26,541 nt of DNA from a virus (taxonomy: Duplodnaviria; Caudoviricetes): IMG/VR virus record IMGVR_UViG_3300033076_001180, positions 1-26,541 of that record. One strand, written 5' to 3'. The notes beneath the pieces were generated by a model, which did no database searches, was not told where the DNA came from, and saw only the letters and a program-made list of their open reading frames with translations. Positions 16,686 to 24,630 of the stretch are shown one piece after another (the stretch's first letter is position 1; every line of letters begins with the position of its first letter). The translations under genes and the position numbers were made by a program.

Positions 16686-16821
16686 TTGCGAAAACCTTTT
16701 CGATTTGTTTTGCGAGTGCAAAGTTCGGTGTTGTTGCGACTGCAATCCAGTTTTGTGATTTACGATCAAACACTGTGACGATGTAACCGTCATCAGAATG
16801 GCGGGCGATGTGAACGCTCAA
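16672..16821 (-). CDS. Hypothetical protein (49 aa)
   Basis: TTG start overlapping the nuclease TGA (TTGA), SD GAGG; MSVHIARHSDDGYIVTVFDRK...; fills the gap to the ATPase. Confidence 0.55.
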   Translation of the reverse strand: MSVHIARHSDDGYIVTVFDRKSQNWIAVATTPNFALAKQIEKVFANAIA

Positions 16822-17762
16822 ATGTCGCCTCGCACTTTGAGAGGGTCCCAGATGCGCTTGGTGAAATCTGCACGAAGCCATTCGTGGCGGACAGACGGCG
16901 GGAGGCCGCAGATTTTACGGAACGGACAACCACCATACATGCCGCAGGCTTTGTCATTCATGGGCCAATAATTCTGCGCCGCGTAAAGTTCTGCCGTGGC
17001 GATATATTGCCCAAGATCGAAATACCATTCTTCCAGCCCAGACTCCGTGCGCGGAACGACGCCTCGTAAAAAGCGCGTGAATGTCTGCGCAATCTGCGCA
17101 CCGTCCACAATGATCCCTTCGATCTGCACGTTGTAAACAATCTTGCCTGCGATGGCGTAAAGCGACATCTGGTTGTCTGGCGTGAACTTGTCGAAGAACG
17201 ACTGGTTGATTGTGCTTTTTGTGGTTTTCCGGTCGAGCACGAAAGCCTTGTCGTTTAGTGTTGCCAAACGGTCAAGGTGTCCGCACAAAAGAATGCTTTC
17301 GCCTGCGCGGGAGGTGTAGCCTGAGTCAAACCTAAAAGATAGTTCAACAGCTGGCTTGCCGTTGGCGAGGCGCACGGTTTCAATCGGGTCCTCTTTGAAC
17401 TGATCCAAATACCACACGACCGAACGAAGCAGCGTCATGCGATTTTTGTTTGGGTCGTCTGAAAGCCATGGACGATTTTTTTGCTCGTCCCATGTGATTG
17501 TCAACACATATCTAACGACTTCACGCAGCGCATCGTCATAGCCCATGCCGCCAAAACGCAGATGATCGTAACGCTCAAGCGCGGAGTGAAAATGCAAACC
17601 GAACGTCAAATGCACAGAAATTTCACGCGGCTGCCAGCCTTCGAGGATGGAAAGCTGGTAGTATCTCGGGCACGTTTTAAACGCCCCGATTGACGTGGAG
17701 TCCCACGCGAATTGAAAGCGCGGAGTGATAAGCGAAAGTGAATTGTTGACGACTTCTGACAT
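16818..17762 (-). CDS. PD-(D/E)XK nuclease, RecB/Cas4-like with four-Cys Fe-S staple
   Basis: S.....FKTCPRYY, FG..FHSALE, AVELSF, GHLDRL...VLDRKTT, QMSLYA, C....GCPFRKIC. Confidence 0.85.
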   Translation of the reverse strand: MSEVVNNSLSLITPRFQFAWDSTSIGAFKTCPRYYQLSILEGWQPREISVHLTFGLHFHSALERYDHLRFGGMGYDDALREVVRYVLTITWDEQKNRPWLSDDPNKNRMTLLRSVVWYLDQFKEDPIETVRLANGKPAVELSFRFDSGYTSRAGESILLCGHLDRLATLNDKAFVLDRKTTKSTINQSFFDKFTPDNQMSLYAIAGKIVYNVQIEGIIVDGAQIAQTFTRFLRGVVPRTESGLEEWYFDLGQYIATAELYAAQNYWPMNDKACGMYGGCPFRKICGLPPSVRHEWLRADFTKRIWDPLKVRGDI

Positions 17763-17779
17763 GGGGCGTCCCTGTCCTG

Positions 17780-17980
17780 TTATTTACGAGGGTCTGATCC
17801 GACTTGGATCATTCGATAACCGTTAACCAACATTGCTTGAATGTTGTCGTGATGTCCGCGCAGAAACATGGTGTGCGCGATCAGCTTCTCGATCTTTTCC
17901 GACGCTTCATCCCCAAGCCATGTTGAGGACTGCTGCCGAATGTCTCTTACAAGTTGTTCGAGTTCTTCGTTCGAAAGCAT
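17780..17980 (-). CDS. Hypothetical protein (66 aa)
   Basis: Co-directional, SD AAGG, fills the gap. Confidence 0.65.
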   Translation of the reverse strand: MLSNEELEQLVRDIRQQSSTWLGDEASEKIEKLIAHTMFLRGHHDNIQAMLVNGYRMIQVGSDPRK

Positions 17981-17988
17981 GAGGCACC

Positions 17989-18288
17989 TTAAAAGTTCAA
18001 GTCGATGTCTTTGAGCAGTTCATCTGCGGAAAGTATCGGGCCTTTCTGGCGCGGGGCTTTTTTCGGTTTCGGCGCAGCTTCCTGTGCGGCGAACTTTTCC
18101 CTCTGCGCTCTCAAATATTCGATGATCCGGTCGGCCTCCGCGTCGGAAATCTGCGGGGCGCGGTTCATCAATTCTTCAAGACTTGCAGGCGATGCTTCTT
18201 CTAAAATCTTTTCGCCCACATGGTCTGATTCAGTTGTGGTCTGTGATGAGGGCTGTGATTGAGTCGTCGAAGGGGACTGATTTTGCAT
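17989..18288 (-). CDS. Hypothetical protein (about 99 aa)
   Basis: Probable ATG 18288; S/Q/T-rich N-terminus, helical core, ends LLKDIDLNF. Confidence 0.65.
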   Translation of the reverse strand: MQNQSPSTTQSQPSSQTTTESDHVGEKILEEASPASLEELMNRAPQISDAEADRIIEYLRAQREKFAAQEAAPKPKKAPRQKGPILSADELLKDIDLNF

Positions 18289-18460
18289 TTGCTTTTCTCT
18301 TGAGCTGTTGGCAATACGCATGGACGATTAATCGGATAGCGTTCGACCGACCAACTGTCCGAATACCCGGACGACAAAAAGTCTGGTCGATAAACTCCAC
18401 GTCCTCCGTGTAAAGGTGGAGGTGAAGTTTTGTGGTGTCTTTATCGAGGCGGGCGGCCAT
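18230..18460 (-). CDS. Putative ribbon-helix-helix-like DNA-binding protein (76 aa)
   Basis: SD AGGAG; alternating strand TKLHLHLY followed by two helices (EDVEFIDQ; RSNAIRLIVHAYC). Confidence 0.5.
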   Translation of the reverse strand: MAARLDKDTTKLHLHLYTEDVEFIDQTFCRPGIRTVGRSNAIRLIVHAYCQQLKRKANAKSVPFDDSITALITDHN

Positions 18461-18757
18461 TTAATCGTCTCCTAACAGGTCGGCCAAATTATAAAGCGGG
18501 CCATCGCCTTGTGGGTTTTGCTTCAAGGCGTCACCGCTTGGCGGCTGGGCCTGCACTTGTGGTTTATCTGTTTTAACTATCCAAACATGCGTCGGACTTG
18601 TAGGCGAACGGGAAATCTGCAGAACGTCAAGGTCTGGGTCTTTCCGCTTCGCGGAGTAAAGCCGCTGGAGCGAGATCTGGTAATTGCCTAACAATTCGAC
18701 TTCTATCCCATAGTCGGAATGATAAGCCTCGTAGAGCAATTCCATTTCTTTCGACAT
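18461..18757 (-). CDS. Hypothetical protein (98 aa)
   Basis: SD AAGG; stop abuts the next ATG. Confidence 0.7.
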   Translation of the reverse strand: MSKEMELLYEAYHSDYGIEVELLGNYQISLQRLYSAKRKDPDLDVLQISRSPTSPTHVWIVKTDKPQVQAQPPSGDALKQNPQGDGPLYNLADLLGDD

Positions 18758-18775
18758 GCAGTTTGCACCTTACAT

Positions 18776-18816
18776 AAAAAGGGCGATCCTCGTAGGAGAA
18801 GCAAACGAGGATCGCC
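18776..18816 (-). terminator. Intrinsic terminator
   Basis: Minus strand GGCGATCCTCGT-(11 nt)-ACGAGGATCGCC is a perfect 12-bp stem followed by CTTTTT. Confidence 0.8.
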
Positions 18817-18874
18817 AGTTGTAACGGGGAGGGAGGAAACGAAAACCCCGCTATTCTAAAGGCCAAGTGGCCTT
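18776..18874 (-). ncRNA. Candidate three-hairpin small RNA with anti-SD loops
   Basis: Stems at 18859-18874, 18822-18853 and 18782-18816; loops UUUUCGUUUCCUCCCU and UUGCUUCUCCU; ends in a U tract. Confidence 0.4.
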
Positions 18875-18882
18875 GCAGATGT

Positions 18883-19356
18883 TTAGAACAGGTCCGACAG
18901 CAGATCGCCCGCAATCTGACGGGTCGAATTGATGCGGCGTTCAGCCTCCTCACGAATTTCGGGTTTATGCTGCAGCACTTTCGCAACATATTCGGAAATC
19001 TGCTCGGCGCTGTAGTCCGCCGGGTTTCCACCCTTCTTGCGGATCGCTGCGAGAACCTGCTCCTTCGCAATCTTGTTCGCCTCTTTGGCGACCGGGTCCG
19101 GGCCAGCCTTCGGGGCGCGAGCTGTGAAGCTATACGCATCAGCGTAAGTCTGAAACTCAGCAGACAGCGCCGAGGCGTCGATCTTGCCTTCTTCCGCAGC
19201 GCGCTTGATCTTGGCGATCAGCGATGTGCGAATGTTGTCCGCAAGAACGTGGTTCAGCTTTTCAGCTTCAAGCGCGGTCAGCACATGGCCTTCAGCGTAA
19301 GGCTGCGAAACGCTCACGTTGATTTCGTGCGGGAGCTTGAGGGCTCGCTTTGTCAT
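18883..19356 (-). CDS. Hypothetical helical protein (157 aa) with its own promoter and terminator
   Basis: SD AAGGA, strongly GC3-biased codons, A/K/E-rich. Confidence 0.8.
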   Translation of the reverse strand: MTKRALKLPHEINVSVSQPYAEGHVLTALEAEKLNHVLADNIRTSLIAKIKRAAEEGKIDASALSAEFQTYADAYSFTARAPKAGPDPVAKEANKIAKEQVLAAIRKKGGNPADYSAEQISEYVAKVLQHKPEIREEAERRINSTRQIAGDLLSDLF

Positions 19357-19407
19357 GGTGGTTCCTTAAATTTTAGATTGTTTTGGGCAAACGCCCGTTG
19401 ACGTTTT

Positions 19408-19436
19408 AATGTGCCATAAGGTTTAACCCATTGCAA
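19408..19436 (-). promoter_or_regulatory. Putative sigma70-type promoter TTGCAA-N17-CACATT
   Basis: Lies in an AT-rich intergenic gap about 50 nt upstream of ATG 19356; same architecture as 25627-25655. Confidence 0.55.
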
Positions 19437-19499
19437 CGAAAAATTCGCTCGCTGGGCAAAAAATCTTAGGGCCATTTCATAGCATCTAGCAAGTGGCCT

Positions 19500-20042
19500 T
19501 CACCACCCGTGCCACCCGCAAAGCGCGATCAGCCGTCCGGGCTTTTTGGTTTTCCATTTCGGAGCGGCCTTTTGCGCCTCTGTTAAAACATTGGGCTTGG
19601 GTGCAACACGCTGCGGCTTTGGCGTGTGGCCCATTTCCGCACGAGCGAGTGCGGCCTTTGCAGCGGACGCTCTGACAGCTTTGACTTGTGCTTCACGCCG
19701 TTGCTGCAAACGTCGGGCTTTTTGTTCTTCTGTAAGAACAGGTTTGTTCTTCGCCCTTCTCGCTTTCGCAAGTTCGAGTTGGCGCTCTCGAAATTCTGGA
19801 TCATTTGCGTATCGTTCCTTTCGACGCGCAGCGCGTTCTGCTTTGTGTTCGTGGTTCCAGCGTCGATTTGCTTCACGGCGCTTTTCTAAACCGGCAGCTT
19901 TTTTCTCTGCGCGAGCACGTTCAAGCTCTGCAAGGGTTTCTGGCGGAAGATCGAGTCCCTTTTTGCGCAAGCGGTAACGGGCGGAGTGTAACCGTGCTTT
20001 TTCACGGTTTTGCTCTCTCCAATCTTTAGGGTCGAAGGCCAT
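19500..20042 (-). CDS. Highly basic helical protein (180 aa), possibly nucleic-acid binding
   Basis: Start reassigned to ATG 20042 (SD AGGAG). R/K/E/A-rich quasi-repeats (WREQNREKAR, RRWNHEHKAERAARRKERYAND). Confidence 0.7.
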   Translation of the reverse strand: MAFDPKDWREQNREKARLHSARYRLRKKGLDLPPETLAELERARAEKKAAGLEKRREANRRWNHEHKAERAARRKERYANDPEFRERQLELAKARRAKNKPVLTEEQKARRLQQRREAQVKAVRASAAKAALARAEMGHTPKPQRVAPKPNVLTEAQKAAPKWKTKKPGRLIALCGWHGW

Positions 20043-20226
20043 GAAACAACTCCTTTGGAACACAGGCGAATCCGATTTTATAACCAAGCCCACCCTGTTC
20101 CGCCACAACTTTTCCTGCGTTATCGCAAGCCTCTTTCGAGACAAATTCATGCGTGGTGATGGCGCTTCCACCTGCCCCCGCGAACCAGATTATCAAAACC
20201 CACATTGGCATGTCATTCATCTCCAT
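20026..20226 (-). CDS. Small hypothetical protein, two Cys, hydrophobic N-terminus
   Basis: MWVLIIW...EF.SKEAC..AG.........FACVPK pattern common in small phage proteins; overlaps both neighbours. Confidence 0.65.
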   Translation of the reverse strand: MEMNDMPMWVLIIWFAGAGGSAITTHEFVSKEACDNAGKVVAEQGGLGYKIGFACVPKELFHGLRP

Positions 20227-20617
20227 CGGCTTTATGGGTTAGGGCTTGAAAAGCACGCTTTACGCGAACGCGGTTGAGTATGTTTGCAATGCTGCCGCGT
20301 TCCACGCCTACGCGCTCTGCGACTTGCTTTTGTGTGAGGCCATCGTTGACAAGTTTTTCGACTGCAAGTTCACGGTCGGTTATTGGGAGTTCGCGGACTT
20401 CTTTCACCCATTGCGCGCTGTATGACGGGTTTTCGATGAACGGATCTGCGTCGGGGGATTTGTATTTGTGATAAAATTCTGTGCTTTCAGCATCCTCAAG
20501 CCAGCGCAAGCGCGGGATGGAAAGAAGCATGTGTCGGATCGTGCTGCCTGCCGTCACGCCTTCTGATTTAAGGCCCGTGACAACTGGCACGTAACGGCAA
20601 ACTTTTTCGATCTTCAT
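20213..20617 (-). CDS. Protein with C-terminal LuxR/sigma region 4-like HTH
   Basis: TDRELAVEKLVNDGLTQKQVAERVGVERGSIANILNRVRVK; ATGA overlap; SD GGAG. Confidence 0.75.
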   Translation of the reverse strand: MKIEKVCRYVPVVTGLKSEGVTAGSTIRHMLLSIPRLRWLEDAESTEFYHKYKSPDADPFIENPSYSAQWVKEVRELPITDRELAVEKLVNDGLTQKQVAERVGVERGSIANILNRVRVKRAFQALTHKADGDE

Positions 20618-20910
20618 TTCTTACTCTCCAAAGCGGCGGCGGCGGCGCGGAGTTCGGCAAACGTATTAAACGCTTCGCATGGGCTATCTTCGTCGGTGTA
20701 GCGCGGTTCATTGTCAAAATAATTCGCAACGTCAGCAAACGGTTTCAGCGCCGTTTCAAGTTCCGAGATGCGGGCGGCGTAAGCATCAAGCTGGCGCGAC
20801 TGTATCCTTAATTCTTCAGTCAGGTGCCGGGCGTGTTCGTCCTCAACCTGAGTAACGATGCGCCCAACAATCTCACGAACAGCTTGTTCTATGCCTGCGT
20901 AATCAGTCAT
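20614..20910 (-). CDS. Hypothetical protein (98 aa, coiled coil)
   Basis: ATGA overlaps at both ends; RISELETALKPFA motif. Confidence 0.7.
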   Translation of the reverse strand: MTDYAGIEQAVREIVGRIVTQVEDEHARHLTEELRIQSRQLDAYAARISELETALKPFADVANYFDNEPRYTDEDSPCEAFNTFAELRAAAAALESKK

Positions 20911-21275
20911 CCGATACGCTCCACCGATATTTGTTCAATCTTGTCTTTCATCACATACCGCGTCTTGACCTTAACACCAGCAAGCTGCGCCAGACGTAGA
21001 ATAGTCTTGCGGCGCTTCTCATATTCGTCTCCAGCGGGGTAATGTGACTTGTCGCCGACTGCCATGCTTTTAAGGCAATCGGTCAATTCTGTACGGTATG
21101 GACGAAACAGTTTTAGTTTCGCGTTCTCCGCTTCCAACTCCGCAATCCGCTTCTCTTGCTTGCGAATTAAGCTCATCGCCTGATGACATGCACCAGCTTC
21201 GCCCGTATATCCCTTGGCGTTCAGCCAGTCCTCGACGTTCACAAGGTCGGGGTAGGTGTTGGTGTGGTCAGTCAT
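20907..21275 (-). CDS. Hypothetical protein (122 aa)
   Basis: Start reassigned to ATG 21275 (ATGA overlap); coiled coil followed by an LKSMAVGD...VERI domain. Confidence 0.7.
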   Translation of the reverse strand: MTDHTNTYPDLVNVEDWLNAKGYTGEAGACHQAMSLIRKQEKRIAELEAENAKLKLFRPYRTELTDCLKSMAVGDKSHYPAGDEYEKRRKTILRLAQLAGVKVKTRYVMKDKIEQISVERIG

Positions 21276-21523
21276 TCGTCGCCCCCGAGTGTGTTCGAAG
21301 AACCGGCGAGGCCACCTTCGGAGTTGTAATAGGTGGTGTAACCGCCAATGGTGTTTGCGCTCCCCGCGAATTGCCCGTTCGGCCCGGAAAAAGTGGAATA
21401 ACCTGCGATTGTGTTTGACGTTCCCGCCAGTTGACCTTGCGGCCCGTAATACGTGGTGTAACCGTCGCAGAGTCCCACGCAAAGCGCAAGCGGTGCAAGG
21501 TGTTTTGTGATTTGGGAAAGCAT
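21272..21523 (-). CDS. Small protein with three 20-aa tandem repeats
   Basis: GYTTYYGPQGQLAGTSNTIA / GYSTFSGPNGQFAGSANTIG / GYTTYYNSEGGLAGSSNTLG; TAATG coupling; SD GGAG. Confidence 0.75.
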   Translation of the reverse strand: MLSQITKHLAPLALCVGLCDGYTTYYGPQGQLAGTSNTIAGYSTFSGPNGQFAGSANTIGGYTTYYNSEGGLAGSSNTLGGDE

Positions 21524-21873
21524 TAGAAGTCTCCGAGTAGGTCGTTAAGGTCGAGCGTGACAGGCGCTGGTGTGGGGGTGGACGGTGCAAGCGGCGTCCA
21601 GCCAAACTCACGTTCCGCCACGCCTTCCGGGTCGGCAAGCCATCGTGACCAGAACGCCGCAAAGTCATCGGAGCGAATGACGAGCACTTTGCGAGTCGAA
21701 CGGTTCGGGCCACTCGAGAAAAATCCCGAGACTTCAATCGTGCTCCCGTCGTTGATGGGCGAGCAGTAAAGTCCGGGGATGATGGAAAGTCCGCCGGGGT
21801 TGGATTCGACGCGAAACGCGGGGAGCCCGGAGATACGCGGACGTTCCGGCGCAAGGAAATGTAAAGCGCTCAT
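21523..21873 (-). CDS. Hypothetical protein (116 aa)
   Basis: ATGA overlap with the helicase stop; SD AAGGA. Confidence 0.7.
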   Translation of the reverse strand: MSALHFLAPERPRISGLPAFRVESNPGGLSIIPGLYCSPINDGSTIEVSGFFSSGPNRSTRKVLVIRSDDFAAFWSRWLADPEGVAEREFGWTPLAPSTPTPAPVTLDLNDLLGDF

Positions 21874-23363
21874 GTGAAGTCCTTTAGGTTGGCTAACAGC
21901 AAAGTGTGCTTTGTGCGGGTTTCAAGCACATACTGCAGATTGTGTTCCTGTTTAATCTCGTCCTCTTTTTTGGCCCATTTGGAAGGGATGCGCCATGGGT
22001 CGAGATGCACGACTGTGTCCCACTCCAGACCCTTGGCTTTGTGTCCGGTCGCAAGCGTGACAAGGCCGGAGTCTTTTGCGAAAAGGTTGTCGAGTTCGTT
22101 GATGAGTTCGCGGACAGTCCGAGGTTTGCGATTTTCCATCACCGCGACAATACACTCAAACCGATCTGTCACGGAGTCGATCTTACTCGCGTCCTCATTT
22201 ACTTCCGCCTTTGAGCGTTCCGTTTCAAACCAGTTCGATAGAGTCTGCCGGAAAAGATCAGTTGACGTAGTTTGATCTGGGGAGAGCTTTTTGCAGAGCG
22301 CGGAAAGTCCACGGCCAATGTCTCTCCCGAGCATGTTCACGCCAAAGCCCTGCCGCAGCAATTTGAACGCCATGCTTAAAAGCGGCGCGTTGTTACGGCA
22401 GAGGATGGCAAGTTCGGTCGAGGCGTAAGGCTTGAGCGTGTCGGCGCTCCAAGGTTGCGAGGTAAGGTCGATGATTTCGCCCATGGGGTTTGAGTCGGCG
22501 GCGCGATACGCAGGGGCGTGAGCATGTTGGCGTTCGACCACGGATTGCGGACAGCGGAAAGTCGTGTTTAACGGCAACTCAATCCATTCGCTTTTAAGCG
22601 ACTTTAGGTTTGTCATGCTGTTGTGGTCTGCTCCGCGAAATGCGTAGATCGCTTGGCGCGGATCGCCTACGACAATCAATTTGCCTGCCGCCACTTTGCG
22701 GAGCATTTGGTGATTTAGAGGGGACAAGTCCTGCGCTTCATCGACCAGCACTGTGTTGAAACGCGGGAACGCGCCGGAGAACACCACAGGCAAGTAGATC
22801 TGGTCGTCGTATGAAATGCAGCCGTTCATGCCTTCTTCGATGGACGAGATCAAAACGCGACGAGCAAGTTTGCGTTCGTCCGCCGTGAGGTTGAGGTCGA
22901 GTTCGTAATCCAGTCTCTCCCATGTTTCGGGAGTGTCAGGGACAAGGCTGCGGGCGTGTTGGAATTGGGATGGGACGAGCCCGCGCTGCATCGCCATGAC
23001 CACAAGCGTTCGGATCGCTGACCACTCCCCTTTGCTTTCAGGGAAAGGCTTGAGCGCTTCGGATGTCAAGCGTCCGACCTTGTTCGGGTCGATCAGCATT
23101 TTCTTTTTGTTGATCGTGAAAGACCATGCGCGATGGCCGAGGCCGTTCATGGTCATAACGCTGAAGTTTTTAGGAAACCTTTTTTCGAGTTCTTCTTTGA
23201 TCTTTTTGTTGAAGGCGAGCGCAAGGGCTGGTTCGGGCGGAAGGGCTTTCGCCAACATGGTCAGGGTTGTGGTTTTGCCGGTGCCTGCGAGCGCGTTCAC
23301 GATTAAGGACTGCGGCTGCGTGGCGGCGTGGATGATGGCTTGCTGTTCAGGAGTAGGTTTCAC
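21870..23363 (-). CDS. Superfamily 1 UvrD/Rep-like DNA helicase
   Basis: Probable GTG 23363. PTPEQQAII, ALAGTGKTT, LAFNK, LVDEAQDLS, VVGDPRQAIYAFRGA, LNTTFRCP, ILCRNNAPL, TGHKAKGLEWDTV, YVLETRTK. Confidence 0.92.
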   Translation of the reverse strand: MKPTPEQQAIIHAATQPQSLIVNALAGTGKTTTLTMLAKALPPEPALALAFNKKIKEELEKRFPKNFSVMTMNGLGHRAWSFTINKKKMLIDPNKVGRLTSEALKPFPESKGEWSAIRTLVVMAMQRGLVPSQFQHARSLVPDTPETWERLDYELDLNLTADERKLARRVLISSIEEGMNGCISYDDQIYLPVVFSGAFPRFNTVLVDEAQDLSPLNHQMLRKVAAGKLIVVGDPRQAIYAFRGADHNSMTNLKSLKSEWIELPLNTTFRCPQSVVERQHAHAPAYRAADSNPMGEIIDLTSQPWSADTLKPYASTELAILCRNNAPLLSMAFKLLRQGFGVNMLGRDIGRGLSALCKKLSPDQTTSTDLFRQTLSNWFETERSKAEVNEDASKIDSVTDRFECIVAVMENRKPRTVRELINELDNLFAKDSGLVTLATGHKAKGLEWDTVVHLDPWRIPSKWAKKEDEIKQEHNLQYVLETRTKHTLLLANLKDFT

Positions 23364-23394
23364 GACAAATACCTTTCGACTTTGCTGATGGTGG

Positions 23395-23637
23395 TTACGC
23401 GATGCGATGCACGAAAAGGCCAAAGCCTTTTGTGTTGTATGTTGAGCGGAGTGTTATGCGAAAACCTGGACAATGCTTCTCTCTAAATCTCCTTGCAGCG
23501 TTGTGGACTTGCGTGGAGTAATTCGAACGCAAGTCGTAAGGGCAGGGCATGAAGAAAGCGTCACCGATCTCCATTTTGGCAAAAGGGTATTGCGTGAGCG
23601 GTTCAGGCTTTTTACCTTTTAAGATTTTGAATTGCAT
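23395..23637 (-). CDS. Small phage protein with YPF..MEIGDAFF motif (80 aa)
   Basis: Start reassigned to ATG 23637; YPFAKMEIGDAFF...V.R is a recurrent phage small-protein pattern. Confidence 0.7.
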   Translation of the reverse strand: MQFKILKGKKPEPLTQYPFAKMEIGDAFFMPCPYDLRSNYSTQVHNAARRFREKHCPGFRITLRSTYNTKGFGLFVHRIA

Positions 23638-23644
23638 TGTGCGC

Positions 23645-24079
23645 TCACAGATTGAAGATGACGGCAGGTTGCCCCGAACCCGTAAACGAAAGTTTGCACG
23701 GGAATCCACTCCAAAGAAAACCTTCGCCGGAAACTGAAGCATCCTCATTATGTCCTTCGATGATGCGGGCCAGCCGCTCTTGGTGGAGCGCGGCGTGTTC
23801 CTTTGCGAGATAACCGAGTTGCCAAAAGCGCTGCTCGATCAAGTCCTCGATGTTGCCGCCTGAGCCCGGAAGAGTGCTCGAAAGTTCGTCGATTGCATCT
23901 TGCGATAAGTTGAGCGCGTCGAACCAGACCGCGACGGCGTTTGCGTCGTAAGGGTTGGAAGGCTCAGGACGGAGTTCGAGTTGGTAAGCCGCCGGGAGAG
24001 ACTGGATGATGGTTTTCGCCGGGGGGCGGAAATGTGCGCCGACGAGCGGGACGACGAATGTGTTGGAGTTCGGAAGCAT
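23645..24079 (-). CDS. Stand-alone HIRAN domain protein
   Basis: LVGAHFR...LELRPEPSNPYDANAVAVW...LGYLAKEHA matches the HIRAN consensus (G..y, L..EP.N.yD.nAi.V, lGYv). Confidence 0.8.
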   Translation of the reverse strand: MLPNSNTFVVPLVGAHFRPPAKTIIQSLPAAYQLELRPEPSNPYDANAVAVWFDALNLSQDAIDELSSTLPGSGGNIEDLIEQRFWQLGYLAKEHAALHQERLARIIEGHNEDASVSGEGFLWSGFPCKLSFTGSGQPAVIFNL

Positions 24080-24089
24080 GGTGTGCCTT

Positions 24090-24317
24090 TCAGTTTAGCG
24101 TTGCGTTTTGGGGGCGCGGATCATACGCCTCGATTAAAATTTCCATCATGTCGATTTGGTTTTCAGGCGACACGTTGGAAACCGAGCAGATTTTTAATCC
24201 TCCCGGCGCGTCGAACCCGACAACCAACATGCAGGCGCGGCCCGCAAGAAGTGGTTTGATTTCGAGTATCGCCCGTTCCATGAGTTCGCGTTCTGTAGCA
24301 TCAGCGTCAGGAGTCAT
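24090..24317 (-). CDS. Hypothetical protein (about 75 aa)
   Basis: Probable ATG 24317 overlapping the upstream gene end. Confidence 0.6.
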   Translation of the reverse strand: MTPDADATERELMERAILEIKPLLAGRACMLVVGFDAPGGLKICSVSNVSPENQIDMMEILIEAYDPRPQNATLN

Positions 24318-24630
24318 ACTTTGCTCTTTCGGATGGAGACATTTTTGTGTAATCCGCAGCGATGTCGAAACCTTTTTGAATGAGGTCAAACTCTTTTTTC
24401 ATGCTATCCCCCCAAGCCTCGTAAAGTTTAACCGGAGGCACGTTGCCGCATTGCAAACGTGCGGCGCAGTAAAGCATCATAAACGCAGCGTTCATCGCGG
24501 CTTGTGCGGCGGAAGCGAGGAGTTCTGGCTCCCGTCCGAAAGTGTCGCAGATGCCGTTGATGGACTCAACTGTCCGGTCGTATGCGAGACGTTGCACGTC
24601 TCGTTTTATGTGTTTGGGGATTTCAGTCAT
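24307..24630 (-). CDS. Hypothetical protein (107 aa)
   Basis: Co-directional ORF with short overlaps. Confidence 0.65.
   Translation of the reverse strand: MTEIPKHIKRDVQRLAYDRTVESINGICDTFGREPELLASAAQAAMNAAFMMLYCAARLQCGNVPPVKLYEAWGDSMKKEFDLIQKGFDIAADYTKMSPSERAKYDS

Noticed and set aside
16818-17762. CRISPR-associated Cas4
   Set aside because: No array or other cas genes are present; the nuclease-ATPase-SSB context indicates phage recombination.
19398-19426. Plus-strand promoter starting TTGACG
   Set aside because: No acceptable -10 at 16-18 nt spacing and no credible + strand gene downstream.
20907-21854. 315-aa ORF as a single gene
   Set aside because: The upstream two-thirds overlap two better-supported coupled genes; the real start is probably 21275.
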